Part shown: positions 48,825-57,838 of the stretch, in pieces
Layout of the letters: every line of letters begins with the position of its first letter
Position numbering within the stretch: the stretch's first letter is position 1
Source: Clostridiales bacterium DTU032
GTDB lineage: Bacteria > Bacillota > Clostridia > Saccharofermentanales > DTU023
Length of the DNA: 64,000 nt
NCBI GenBank assembly: GCA_001512745.1
Contig: LFSM01000075.1
Coordinates: 3,727-67,726 of the forward strand
Direction: 5' to 3'
Translations under genes and position numbers: made by a program
Notes under the pieces: generated by a model
The model's database searches: none
Seen by the model: only the letters and a program-made list of their open reading frames with translations
Told to the model about the DNA's origin: nothing

Positions 48825-50156
48825 TTAATTATCAAAAACATAATCGATCGGTCCGCGTCTGGTCAGTTGAACCAGTATAAAAGCAGTATTATTGATCCGT
48901 TTGGTCAGCCGGTCTTCATCTGTTTTTTCTTCAACTTCCTGAGTTCCGCTTCCGGTAGTTTCAGTTTTGTTGCTATCCTGCTCTTCCCTTGCGGCCAGGT
49001 CTATATCGGAGTCTTTTTCAACTGTGCGGAAGAATTCCTCCAGATAGTCACTCTCATCGAACAAGGTTCCCGAGATCATTCCCTTGCTGGGTGCAAAACG
49101 GGGGCTGGTGTTTTCCTTGCCCAGGTCACTCTTATCTACATTGTAGTCACCTGACTCCATAAACACAATCGGTATGCCTGCCCGGTCAAAAGGTGTGTGG
49201 TCGGACTCAATTACTGTCCATTCCCGATAAAGCCCTGCTTGTTCAACACTAGCTCCGCTTGGAGTATAGGGCATGTAATAGTCCGTCTGATTGGTAAAAA
49301 CAGCGTAATTATTCTGAGTGTTAAGTACATAGTCAAAGAAAATGTCTGTGACCTGATACAATTTCCGGCGCATTTCATAACTCTTTTCAGAGCCGGTCCT
49401 TACGGAATTCTGCCCTGCATGGGCGTAAATTTTATCGCCTGCATAGATCGGGCCAATATTGACCATGGCATCAATCCGCTCCAGCTCATTGTCTGAAAGA
49501 GAGTCCAAAAAAGCCTGTGCTCCTTCCTGTTGATTGCTTCCTGCGCCAAAAAATACAAACTGGATATTATAACCGGGTTTTTCCTGCAGCATTTGCTTTG
49601 CTGCTGTCATAACTGCAGCAACACCTGAGGCATTGTTATGAATACCATCAGCTGTATTGCGAGGTATCTTGCCATCCTCGTCTGCTTCAAGAGTAAAATC
49701 AGGCGTGTCATAATGGGCTCCGATTATTAAAACTCTGTCATCAACTTTGTCAGGAGCTTCCTCCGATCGGTCTTGTTCAAACTGAGGTGAGTAGCTAAAA
49801 CCTGATCCGCTCACTCTGGCAATGACATTTTGCGACTTCTGCGATCTGCTGCCTTTAAAAAATGTGAAAGTTTGTATCTCCGGTGAATATCCCAGCAGAG
49901 TAAGCTGATCAAAGATATATTGAGCTGCTTCTGCTTCCTGATCTGATCCCGGTATACGCCGGGGATAGTCATCTGCCAGTGTCTCCGCCAACTCTTTCCC
50001 GTAACTTCCATAATCAGCATCTCTCCTGGTGGTCGATGGCTCTCCGGAATCACAGGCAAGCAGTGGTAAGAGCATAAAGATAAGTGCTAAAACTATACTT
50101 GAAAAGCGAATAACAGATCTGCTTTTATTTGATAATGATAATTTATTGAATGACAC
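48825..50156 (-). CDS. M28-family aminopeptidase, predicted lipoprotein
   Basis: The lipobox is LLPLLAC|DSG. LIIGAHYDT and HNNASGVAAVM are M28 metal-ligand motifs. It uses a GTG start. Confidence 0.8.
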   Translation of the reverse strand: MSFNKLSLSNKSRSVIRFSSIVLALIFMLLPLLACDSGEPSTTRRDADYGSYGKELAETLADDYPRRIPGSDQEAEAAQYIFDQLTLLGYSPEIQTFTFFKGSRSQKSQNVIARVSGSGFSYSPQFEQDRSEEAPDKVDDRVLIIGAHYDTPDFTLEADEDGKIPRNTADGIHNNASGVAAVMTAAKQMLQEKPGYNIQFVFFGAGSNQQEGAQAFLDSLSDNELERIDAMVNIGPIYAGDKIYAHAGQNSVRTGSEKSYEMRRKLYQVTDIFFDYVLNTQNNYAVFTNQTDYYMPYTPSGASVEQAGLYREWTVIESDHTPFDRAGIPIVFMESGDYNVDKSDLGKENTSPRFAPSKGMISGTLFDESDYLEEFFRTVEKDSDIDLAAREEQDSNKTETTGSGTQEVEEKTDEDRLTKRINNTAFILVQLTRRGPIDYVFDN

Positions 50157-50274
50157 CAGGTCTTTTTAACTCCTTTAAATCCAAGATTTCGCTCTAATTT
50201 TAGCATATAATCATTATTGCTTCTTAAATGAAAAGACCCTATCATTATCATATATATGGTGAAAGGATGCTGTA

Positions 50275-51816
50275 ATGGCGGGCACAAGTCACTTTCTAAA
50301 GCATAAGAAAATATCATGCTGTCTTAAAGCTGCTCTGCTCTTTCTTGTTTTCACAAGCATCTTTAGTATGCTTACAGGCCTCCTCTTGCTAAGGGTCCAA
50401 ACAGTTGCTGCCGCAGAAAGCGATAGTGAAAGTATGGCAGCTGCTTTTGTCCCTTCCTTTAATCTGCCTGCCGGCCTGGTCTTCAACGCACCCGAGCGCC
50501 CTCTCCTGTACAGCCATAATGCGGATGTTCCCTTGGAAATTCCGGCAGCTTCACGCTTAATGGCTCTGCTGGTCAGTGCAGACAAGGTCGGTCCTGATGA
50601 GCTGATCAGTATTTCCGCTCAGGTGGCGGCTCTCGCATCAGTCGAGGTTAATTCCAACCTCGATCTGGAAAGCGGTATGACTTTACCTTTTCGCTACCTT
50701 GCCCTGAGAATGATCTTGCAAAACTCTGATGCCGCTGCTCTGGCTATAGCTGAACACCTTACTGCCGGCGAAGAGGGTTTTCTGAAGATGATGCAACAAA
50801 GAGCATCTGAGCTGGGTATGACAAATACAGAATTTTACACCTTGCTGCTTTCTCAGACAGAGCGCAAAAATCCTGCACCTGATATTTTCTCAGACCCGGA
50901 AATAGACTGGGGACAACTTGTCTTTGAAAAAGATGAAAATCAGGAATTCCAGGCGATAATTGATGGCCAGTCTGTAGCTGATATCATGCCTGAATACGGG
51001 CATGAGCAAAAGTTAACCGCAACAAGCAGCCTGAATGATCTTTCCCGCTTAGCCCAGGCCTTACACTCCAGCAGGTCAGCGATCGAATATCTGCGCGTTA
51101 CTGAACAGCTGCTTTCCCTTCGTGTAGAAAACAGCGACCGGGTAATACCGGTACGTTCCAGCATTTCTCGCCTGTTTACACTTTCAGAAGGTAATATTGA
51201 TGCCGCCTATAATCATCGCTCTGATCGCTTCTCCCTGACTTTAAGTTACGGTGAGACGGTTGACGGAATACCTGTTACAACTCTGCTTCTCTCTGCCGGC
51301 CAAAGTCTAATGATCGATGAAACTCTGAAACTCTATGAAAAAATCAATCAGCATTATCAGCGTACAGCTTTAACAGAAGCAGGGGTCCTTGTTCCGGGCC
51401 ACAGCGAAAAAACTGAAAGCGGCGAGACTTTTGGTCTGCAGTATTTGGATACGGTTTATTATGTTCATCCAAAAGATAACTTCTATCTGAAAGATGATGT
51501 TATTTATGTCGGTAACGCTCCCTACCTCTTACCAATTCAAAAGGGCAGTATGACCGGTCAGATAATTTTTGAGATGCTTGACGGTACCAGAATCCCTGTG
51601 CGTATCGGACCTGACCGCGATATTATCTCTTCTAATACAATTCTGGCCAGACTGGTCAGCCAACTTTACAACAATGAGAATCTGGGACAGATTATTATCG
51701 GACTGGCAGCATTAATCTGCCTTATCCTTGCAATTCTCTTAATCAGGGAAATCGTCAAACTGTTTTACTGGCGCCGTATGAGGCGGCTGGAACGGGCTGG
51801 AAATCCAAAACACTGA
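50275..51816 (+). CDS. PBP5/S11-like domain protein lacking the catalytic motifs, with a C-terminal membrane anchor
   Basis: It aligns by eye to the PBP5 fold (IPAASRLMALLVS...; LQNSDAAALAIAEHL; FLKMMQQRASELGMTNTEF). SxxK reads SRLM and SxN reads QNS. A signal/TM helix is present at both the N- and C-terminus. Confidence 0.65.
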   Translation: MAGTSHFLKHKKISCCLKAALLFLVFTSIFSMLTGLLLLRVQTVAAAESDSESMAAAFVPSFNLPAGLVFNAPERPLLYSHNADVPLEIPAASRLMALLVSADKVGPDELISISAQVAALASVEVNSNLDLESGMTLPFRYLALRMILQNSDAAALAIAEHLTAGEEGFLKMMQQRASELGMTNTEFYTLLLSQTERKNPAPDIFSDPEIDWGQLVFEKDENQEFQAIIDGQSVADIMPEYGHEQKLTATSSLNDLSRLAQALHSSRSAIEYLRVTEQLLSLRVENSDRVIPVRSSISRLFTLSEGNIDAAYNHRSDRFSLTLSYGETVDGIPVTTLLLSAGQSLMIDETLKLYEKINQHYQRTALTEAGVLVPGHSEKTESGETFGLQYLDTVYYVHPKDNFYLKDDVIYVGNAPYLLPIQKGSMTGQIIFEMLDGTRIPVRIGPDRDIISSNTILARLVSQLYNNENLGQIIIGLAALICLILAILLIREIVKLFYWRRMRRLERAGNPKH

Positions 51817-52365
51817 TTACTTTCTTCTCCGTAGCCAGGGATGTATTCTTTCGAAAAATAATAGCTCATAGTTTAAAAGAACTTGCCGATAGATAAACAG
51901 CATAAGCTGGAAGATGGCAAAAATTATGAGCCAGATCAGCCAGTTTGCCAGATTAAATCGATTCATGATCAGGATATCCAACCTGCTGATTTTTACTGCT
52001 GCTATTAGCAAGGGGCTCATGATTATGTGTGACAGCAGATATTGCAGGAACTTAGCAAGCCCGCGATGATAGAAATAAAGAATCAAAAGTGATAATGGTG
52101 CTGCAAAAACGGCAAAGACTGCAGCCTGAATCAATCCCGGATAAGTCAGACTCAGAATAAAAATACCCAGAGTTACCAAAACAGCTCCGGATATATTCAA
52201 TTCAAAAGATGCTGTTGCAACCACCAGTGAAGCCAGGAGGAACAAAAAAAGGCGTCCCGTTGGCAGGACGCCTGAGAGAATAACAAAAATCCAGCCCAAT
52301 GCTATTAGTATTCCACTTATGGCAATTGTATATGCAGATCTCGAAGTTTTTTTATCGGAGTGCAT
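51817..52365 (-). CDS. Polytopic membrane protein of unknown function (5-6 TM helices)
   Basis: The 182-aa product has a hydrophobic profile and lies 33 nt downstream of the J-domain gene on the same strand. Confidence 0.6.
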   Translation of the reverse strand: MHSDKKTSRSAYTIAISGILIALGWIFVILSGVLPTGRLFLFLLASLVVATASFELNISGAVLVTLGIFILSLTYPGLIQAAVFAVFAAPLSLLILYFYHRGLAKFLQYLLSHIIMSPLLIAAVKISRLDILIMNRFNLANWLIWLIIFAIFQLMLFIYRQVLLNYELLFFERIHPWLRRRK

Positions 52366-52397
52366 AGTTTCCTACCAAAATAAGATCCCGCATCTGC

Positions 52398-52799
52398 TTA
52401 GCAGCAAAGGCAGAGGTCTCCGCCCATCTGTTCGCAGCAGGCATCTGCACAGCAAAGGCAGGTCATTTGCGAACAACAATTGTCAGCTGAAGAACGGTAA
52501 TAGGGAGACTGGTTCTGTTGTTGCTGCTGTTGACCATAGGGGCTGCCATAACTGCCATAGTTACCATAAGGACTTTGATACGGTGGTCTCTGATATGGTC
52601 CTTGCTGCTGCCCCCCTTTTGTTAGCTGGTCATAGGCATTGTTAACTTCCTTCATTTTTTCTTCAGCCAGCTCTTTCATCGTGGGATCTTGATATTTATC
52701 CGGATGGTATTTCTTCGTTTGCTCAAGATAAGCATCACGGATCTCTTTCTCCGTAGCCCCGCGTCTTACACCTAGAACATCATAAGGGTCTTTTGCCAT
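52398..52799 (-). CDS. J-domain protein with a Q/P/Y-rich linker and a C-terminal cysteine string
   Basis: The J-domain is DPYDVLGV...KKYHPDK...AYDQL, with an intact HPD. The linker is GQQQGPYQRPPYQSPYGNYGSYGSPYGQQQQQQNQSPYY. The tail has 10 Cys in 26 aa. GGGAGA SD is present. Confidence 0.85.
   Translation of the reverse strand: MAKDPYDVLGVRRGATEKEIRDAYLEQTKKYHPDKYQDPTMKELAEEKMKEVNNAYDQLTKGGQQQGPYQRPPYQSPYGNYGSYGSPYGQQQQQQNQSPYYRSSADNCCSQMTCLCCADACCEQMGGDLCLCC
52401..52478 (-). other. Cysteine-string tail (CCSQMTCLCCADACCEQMGGDLCLCC)
   Basis: This is read directly from the translation. There are four CC doublets plus two single Cys in the last 26 residues. Confidence 0.9.
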
Positions 52800-52832
52800 T
52801 TTTTAATTCTCCCAACCTGAACTTGAGTAATT

Positions 52833-53684
52833 TTATATCCGGGGCAGCTCAATTCCTGCCAAAACGCGTTCCCGGGTCCGCACTAAACCAATGGTGGCGA
52901 TATTTCCAATAATTGCGCCATCTCTCTGGTAAGGCAAGAGGGCCAGTAAACGGTCAATTTCTTCTTCACATTCTTTGAGGGTCTCCTCAACAAAAATCCT
53001 GCTGTCAGGCTCGGAAAATTTGAGTAGCGGATTCCACTGCTTATTATGAAGATCGTCTTCACGATCGTCAAATGCATCCATCAGGTAGATCCATTTGCCC
53101 AAAGCAAAACCAACGTCAGGCAAGACTCTGATCAGGAGTTGGCGGTCAGGATGCTCCAGAATCTTTGCACCTTCAGCAAAAACTTCTGCCAGAAGCCGGC
53201 CGAAGATATCAGCTGCAGCCGGATCATAATCACCTTTTTCAATTTCACTGAGCTCATGCAGGAAAGCTTCAATTTTCGCAGTCATTTCCAGATAGAGGCG
53301 TCCGGCTTTTTTGCCCGATCTTCTCAGCAAAAGACTTTGAAAACGTCCTTTAATGGGATTTTCGTCCTCAGCATTATCAAGTGCGGAAAAGTAAGCCAGA
53401 ATAATGCTGCCATCAGCAGCAAAATCCAGGGCCGGATGCTTCTTGCTGATCACTTTCTTATTGATCGGATTTAAAACACAGCCTTCCCTCACCATCTCAC
53501 TGTCCTCTGAGGACAGCGAGAGTAAAAGTGCTGCCAAAAAAGTCATATCGTAAGTAACTGTAAGGCGTGGCAGATTGCCATATCGCTCTTTGATAGTTTT
53601 GCACAAACCACAGTAAATGGAGCGATAGCGGGTAAAATCACGCATCAACAATAATTCTTTTTCAGGTCGAACATAGCCAAACAT
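52833..53684 (-). CDS. DUF5685-like protein (unknown function)
   Basis: The N-terminus MFGYVRPEKELLLMRDFTRYRSIYCGLCKTIKERYG matches my recollection of the DUF5685 signature. The rest is predicted helical, with an acidic cluster WIYLMDAFDDREDDLHNKQWNPL. Confidence 0.6.
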   Translation of the reverse strand: MFGYVRPEKELLLMRDFTRYRSIYCGLCKTIKERYGNLPRLTVTYDMTFLAALLLSLSSEDSEMVREGCVLNPINKKVISKKHPALDFAADGSIILAYFSALDNAEDENPIKGRFQSLLLRRSGKKAGRLYLEMTAKIEAFLHELSEIEKGDYDPAAADIFGRLLAEVFAEGAKILEHPDRQLLIRVLPDVGFALGKWIYLMDAFDDREDDLHNKQWNPLLKFSEPDSRIFVEETLKECEEEIDRLLALLPYQRDGAIIGNIATIGLVRTRERVLAGIELPRI

Positions 53685-53793
53685 AAATGATCTCGTATAA
53701 GACTTAAGCTAGTATTAGTCTGCTTGTTCATTGCATGGTATCATGAACAAGCTCAAATAACTAACATTGATTTAGACAAGGAAGTGAACTTAT

Positions 53794-55533
53794 ATGACAA
53801 AAAAAGACGAGAAATGGACCTTATTTGCTTCCGAGGATCGCATCACACCTGCAGATGAGGTCAAGACCAAGAATGAGCTGTCTCATTTTATCATCGACGC
53901 AATTGATGAAGATATGGCAGAAGGCGGCCGCACAGAAGGTTTTACTTTGCATACCCGTTTCCCTCCTGAACCAAATGGCTTGCTCCATATCGGGCATGCT
54001 AAAGCCCTTGTGATTAACTTTGGCCTGGCTGACCAGTACAAGGGTTTATGCAACCTTAGAATGGATGACACCAATCCGGCTAAAGAGGACGAAGCTTATG
54101 TCAAAGCCATCAAGAATGATATCCATTGGTTGGGTTATGACTGGGAAGACCGTTTTTTTCACGCTTCCGACTACTTTGAACAAATGTATCTCTACGCAGA
54201 AGAGCTGATCGAGAAGGATTTGGCCTTTGTCTGCGAACAAACTGCCGAAGAAATGCGCAAAGCACGCGGCACACTGACTGAAGCAGGTCAGGAGAGTCCC
54301 TGGCGCAATCGTCCCAAGGAAGAGAGTTTAGAGCTTTTCCGCCGCATGAGAGCTGGAGAGTTTCCGGACGGTGCAATGACTTTGCGTGCGAAAATTGACA
54401 TGAGTTCCGGCAACATGAATATGCGTGACCCTGTTATTTATCGCATCAGCCATATGGAGCATCACCGCACCGGAAACGAGTGGTGCATCTACCCCATGTA
54501 CGATTTTGCCCATCCGCTCAGTGATGCCCTTGAAAATATCACTCATTCCCTCTGTTCTCTTGAATTTGAAGACCACCGTCCGCTTTATGACTGGTTTATT
54601 AATAACACTTCCGTTCCCTCTAAGCCCAGGCAGATTGAGTTCGCCCGTTTAAACCTGACCAACACGGTCATGAGCAAACGCAAACTACGTCACTTAATTG
54701 AAAATGATGCTGTTGATGACTGGGACGACCCCAGATTGCCCACACTCATCGGCCTGCGCCGCCGTGGGTATACACCGCGGGCTATCAGAGATTTTTGTGA
54801 GCGTATCGGTGTTTCAAAAGTTGACAGTACTGTTGATATGGCTTTCCTCGAACATTGCCTGCGGGAGGATTTAAACGAAAGAGCTCCACGCGCTATGGCT
54901 GTCCTGGACCCGATACCACTGACAATCACTAATTATCCTGAAGGGAAATCAGAAACTCTGCTGATGGATAATCTGCCGCGGAACCCCGATGCCGGGCAGC
55001 ATGAGATCAGCTTCTCCCGCCAACTTTGGATCGAGCGTGACGATTTTATGGAAGATCCGCCGAAAAAGTACTTCCGTCTCTTCCCGGGCAACCATGTAAG
55101 GCTGGCCAATGCATACATTGTTGAATGTACCGGTTTTAAAAAAGATGAGAAGGGCGAAATCATTGAAGTTCTGGCCGAATACAATCCTGACACCAAAGGT
55201 GGAACAGCTCCTGAAGGTCAGAAGGTGCGCGGGACCATCCACTGGTTGGATCAGGCTACAGCAGTTGACGCAGAGATCCGCCTTTATAGCAATCTCTTCA
55301 CAGTAGAAGAACCGGAAAAAGAATCAGAAAATTATATTGAATTGGTCAACCCGGATTCACTGAAAATTCAACAGGCCAAGGTCGAACCTTCACTGGCAAA
55401 GGAAATCTCTCCCATAGGTTATCAGTTCATGCGCAGCGGCTACTTTATACATGACTCACATGACTCAACACCTGAGAATCTGGTTTTTAACCGTTCCGTA
55501 GCCTTAAAAGATTCCTACAGGCCTCCACAGTAA
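53794..55533 (+). CDS. glnS: Glutamine--tRNA ligase
   Basis: The HIGH motif is PEPNGLLHIGHAKAL and the KMSKS motif is VMSKRKL. IYPMYDFAHPLSDALE is also present. Confidence 0.93.
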   Translation: MTKKDEKWTLFASEDRITPADEVKTKNELSHFIIDAIDEDMAEGGRTEGFTLHTRFPPEPNGLLHIGHAKALVINFGLADQYKGLCNLRMDDTNPAKEDEAYVKAIKNDIHWLGYDWEDRFFHASDYFEQMYLYAEELIEKDLAFVCEQTAEEMRKARGTLTEAGQESPWRNRPKEESLELFRRMRAGEFPDGAMTLRAKIDMSSGNMNMRDPVIYRISHMEHHRTGNEWCIYPMYDFAHPLSDALENITHSLCSLEFEDHRPLYDWFINNTSVPSKPRQIEFARLNLTNTVMSKRKLRHLIENDAVDDWDDPRLPTLIGLRRRGYTPRAIRDFCERIGVSKVDSTVDMAFLEHCLREDLNERAPRAMAVLDPIPLTITNYPEGKSETLLMDNLPRNPDAGQHEISFSRQLWIERDDFMEDPPKKYFRLFPGNHVRLANAYIVECTGFKKDEKGEIIEVLAEYNPDTKGGTAPEGQKVRGTIHWLDQATAVDAEIRLYSNLFTVEEPEKESENYIELVNPDSLKIQQAKVEPSLAKEISPIGYQFMRSGYFIHDSHDSTPENLVFNRSVALKDSYRPPQ

Positions 55534-55557
55534 GCCGTAAAGAACTTTGACACAATG

Positions 55558-55591
55558 AAACCGGCATGACGGGCCCGTCATGCCGGTTTTT
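55558..55591 (+). terminator. Rho-independent terminator after glnS (may also serve the convergent acyl-CoA ligase gene)
   Basis: AAACCGGCATGACGGGCCCGTCATGCCGGTTTTT is a GC-rich palindrome followed by a T-run. Confidence 0.85.
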
Positions 55592-55640
55592 CTTTGGCTA
55601 TATTGTGGATTATTCTGTCCCCTAAGCTTCCACTCAAGCA

Positions 55641-57440
55641 TTAATAACGTTTGATCTTACGTGAAGTATTCTTGGGGAACTCCGTGTCGCGCAGAACAAC
55701 TTCACGCACATGCTTGTAAGGGATCAGCTTGCTGTTGACTTCGTCTTTGATCCACTTGAAAATTATCTCTCTCAGCTTATCATCCGTAAGCGCTAAGTCT
55801 GCCAGCTCAGGATCTGCAGCCAATGCTTCCTCATTAAGGAAGATTTGAGCCGTAACGATCTCTTCTCCCTGATCATTCTTAACACCGATGACAACTGACT
55901 CCTTCACCAGATCACTCTGATTGATCAAATACTCAATTTCCTCCGGGAAGATGTTCTTGCCATTTTTAGTCACAATCAAGTTAGACTTTCGACCGGTAAT
56001 GATTACAAACTTATCCTCCGTGAGATAACCCAGGTCACCTGTATGATAATAACCTGCCTGATCAATCGCCTCAGCGTTAAGCTCAGGAGCTTGATAATAG
56101 CCGATCATGACATTATCACCCTTGCCGATAATCTCGCCAATACCATCCTCATCCGGGTTGATGATTTTTATGTCAACACCCGGCAGCGGCAGTCCGGCAG
56201 ATTTATTGTTGTAATACACATCGCGGTTCAGGGCCAGGATCGGCGCGCATTCAGTTAAGCCGTAGCCCTGGATTGTGTGGAAACCGAGTTCCTGCATAGA
56301 AGCAATTAAATCAGGGCTGATTGCAGCTCCGCCGGCGATAATCAACCTGAGCTTGCCGCCAAAACCTTCGTGGATCTGTTTGAAAAGTTTTTTTCGCACA
56401 TCTATTTTCAGCTTAAGCAGGAAATTTGAAATTTTCTTGCCTGTTTCCAGTTTTTTTACAGTTTCGGGATCAGCATTTACTTTTTTGTAAATACCGCGGT
56501 GGAAAGCTTCTACCATGAGGGGCACAACCAGAATTATTGTGGTGGCTGACTCCTTCATATTGTTCACGATATGACGCAGGCCATCGCTAACAGCAACTGT
56601 ACTGCCGCGATATAACTGGCAAAGGTAACCACAGGTACACTCATAGGTATGATGCAGGGGCAGCACTGACAGGAAGGTGTCATCTTTGTCGATATACACC
56701 ATACTGCACATACCCATAAGGTTGGCACAGATATTGGAATGGCTGAGCATAACTGCTTTTGATCTGGCTGAGGTACCTGAAGTGAAGAGCAAAACACTCA
56801 TAGCTTCCGGATCAATCGGCAAGTCATCATAGGCGCGGTCACCTGCTTCGCGCAGTTCCTGACCTTCAGCCAGAAGATCCCAGAAATATGATGTTTCAGT
56901 ATCATCATCTGCCGGTAAATCGAATTGAACGAAACGCTCTACACCAGTCATTTCGGCCTTTACTTCCTCAACTAAAGCTTTTTTGAAATTTGAATATAGA
57001 AGTGTATCCGCCTGAGAACGCTGTACAAGGCTTAATAGTTCTGCTGCCGGCTGTTCTCTGTCAAGCGGGACCACTACTGCTAAACCATTAACTACTGCCA
57101 GATATGATACATACCACTCATAGCGGGTTTCAGCATAAATAGCTACACGGCAGCCGGGTTTGACACCTATCTTCATCAGTCCTGTGGCAAAGGCACGCAC
57201 ATCGGCTGCAAACTGTCTAAAGCTGATATGGCCGTAAGGACGGGTCGGATCCGCTTTTAGTTTTTTTGCCTCTTCTGAACGAGGCTCTATTTGGCGCAAA
57301 GCGATGGGGTCTTTAACCATATAGGCTGTTTCTTCCCCGTAGAGTTCCTCGCTCTGCCTGATCATGTCACGCAAGTCTTTAATTTCCCGAACCGGATACA
57401 GAGGGCTTTTGTATAGCTCCAGATTGTCTTCAATCGTCAT
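55641..57440 (-). CDS. AMP-dependent long-chain acyl-CoA synthetase
   Basis: The AMP-binding motif is LFTSGTSARSKAVMLSH. GYGLTEC, YHTGDLGY and the C-terminal TSRKIKR are also present. Confidence 0.85.
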   Translation of the reverse strand: MTIEDNLELYKSPLYPVREIKDLRDMIRQSEELYGEETAYMVKDPIALRQIEPRSEEAKKLKADPTRPYGHISFRQFAADVRAFATGLMKIGVKPGCRVAIYAETRYEWYVSYLAVVNGLAVVVPLDREQPAAELLSLVQRSQADTLLYSNFKKALVEEVKAEMTGVERFVQFDLPADDDTETSYFWDLLAEGQELREAGDRAYDDLPIDPEAMSVLLFTSGTSARSKAVMLSHSNICANLMGMCSMVYIDKDDTFLSVLPLHHTYECTCGYLCQLYRGSTVAVSDGLRHIVNNMKESATTIILVVPLMVEAFHRGIYKKVNADPETVKKLETGKKISNFLLKLKIDVRKKLFKQIHEGFGGKLRLIIAGGAAISPDLIASMQELGFHTIQGYGLTECAPILALNRDVYYNNKSAGLPLPGVDIKIINPDEDGIGEIIGKGDNVMIGYYQAPELNAEAIDQAGYYHTGDLGYLTEDKFVIITGRKSNLIVTKNGKNIFPEEIEYLINQSDLVKESVVIGVKNDQGEEIVTAQIFLNEEALAADPELADLALTDDKLREIIFKWIKDEVNSKLIPYKHVREVVLRDTEFPKNTSRKIKRY

Positions 57441-57505
57441 CCTTATATTTTCCTCTCAATACAAATTCTTGCTTCCATAAAGATATTTATTTAAATATTA
57501 TATGC

Positions 57506-57534
57506 ATTTTACTATCAGCTGTCCATGTTTGCAA
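57506..57534 (-). promoter_or_regulatory. Sigma-A-type promoter of the acyl-CoA synthetase gene (TTGCAA-17-TAAAAT)
   Basis: On the minus strand, TTGCAA lies at 57534-57529 and TAAAAT at 57511-57506. Confidence 0.5.
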
Positions 57535-57575
57535 TATATGACAGAAAATACCTCAATTTAGCATAGAAAACAGCC

Positions 57576-57608
57576 TGCATAGAAAGGTGCCAGGCACCTT
57601 TCTATGCA
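57576..57608. repeat. Perfect 16+16-bp inverted repeat (TGCATAGAAAGGTGCC a GGCACCTTTCTATGCA)
   Basis: It is visible directly in the sequence, in the largest non-coding gap of the window. The motif AATTTAGCAYAGAA flanks it on both sides. Confidence 0.9.
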
Positions 57609-57687
57609 CTAGATTCAAATTTAGCACAGAATAGGAGCTGTTGCTTTTCGCCTCCAACTTTGGAACGCTATCCGTGGCTCTAAGTGC

Positions 57688-57717
57688 TTGACAAATTATT
57701 ATGTTCTGTCCTAAACT
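57688..57717 (+). promoter_or_regulatory. Sigma-A-type promoter of tRNA-Ala (TTGACA-18-TAAACT)
   Basis: TTGACA lies at 57688-57693 and TAAACT at 57712-57717, about 44 nt upstream of the mature tRNA 5' end. Confidence 0.6.
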
Positions 57718-57760
57718 GTAATTCGCTTGCTCAGAATTTTAGCTGGCAACAGAAAGCCGT

Positions 57761-57836
<76 letters not shown>

Positions 57837-57838
57837 CA

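Noticed and set aside
50228-50275. A 15-codon upstream ORF (MKRPYHYHIYGERML) ending in a TAATG overlap with the start of the PBP5-like gene.
   Set aside because: No Shine-Dalgarno sequence precedes its ATG and it has no recognisable leader-peptide logic. It is most likely a chance ORF in an AT-rich region.
52500-52620. A CAG/CAA/TGG-rich stretch that looks like a nucleotide microsatellite.
   Set aside because: It is imperfect at the DNA level. It simply encodes the Q/P/Y/G low-complexity linker of the J-domain protein and is not a true tandem DNA repeat.
53685-53793. T-box leaders upstream of glnS and of glyQS (2962-3012).
   Set aside because: The glnS leader is at most 109 nt and has no T-box sequence or specifier/antiterminator architecture. 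glyQS starts 1 nt after the rpoZ stop, so there is no leader at all.
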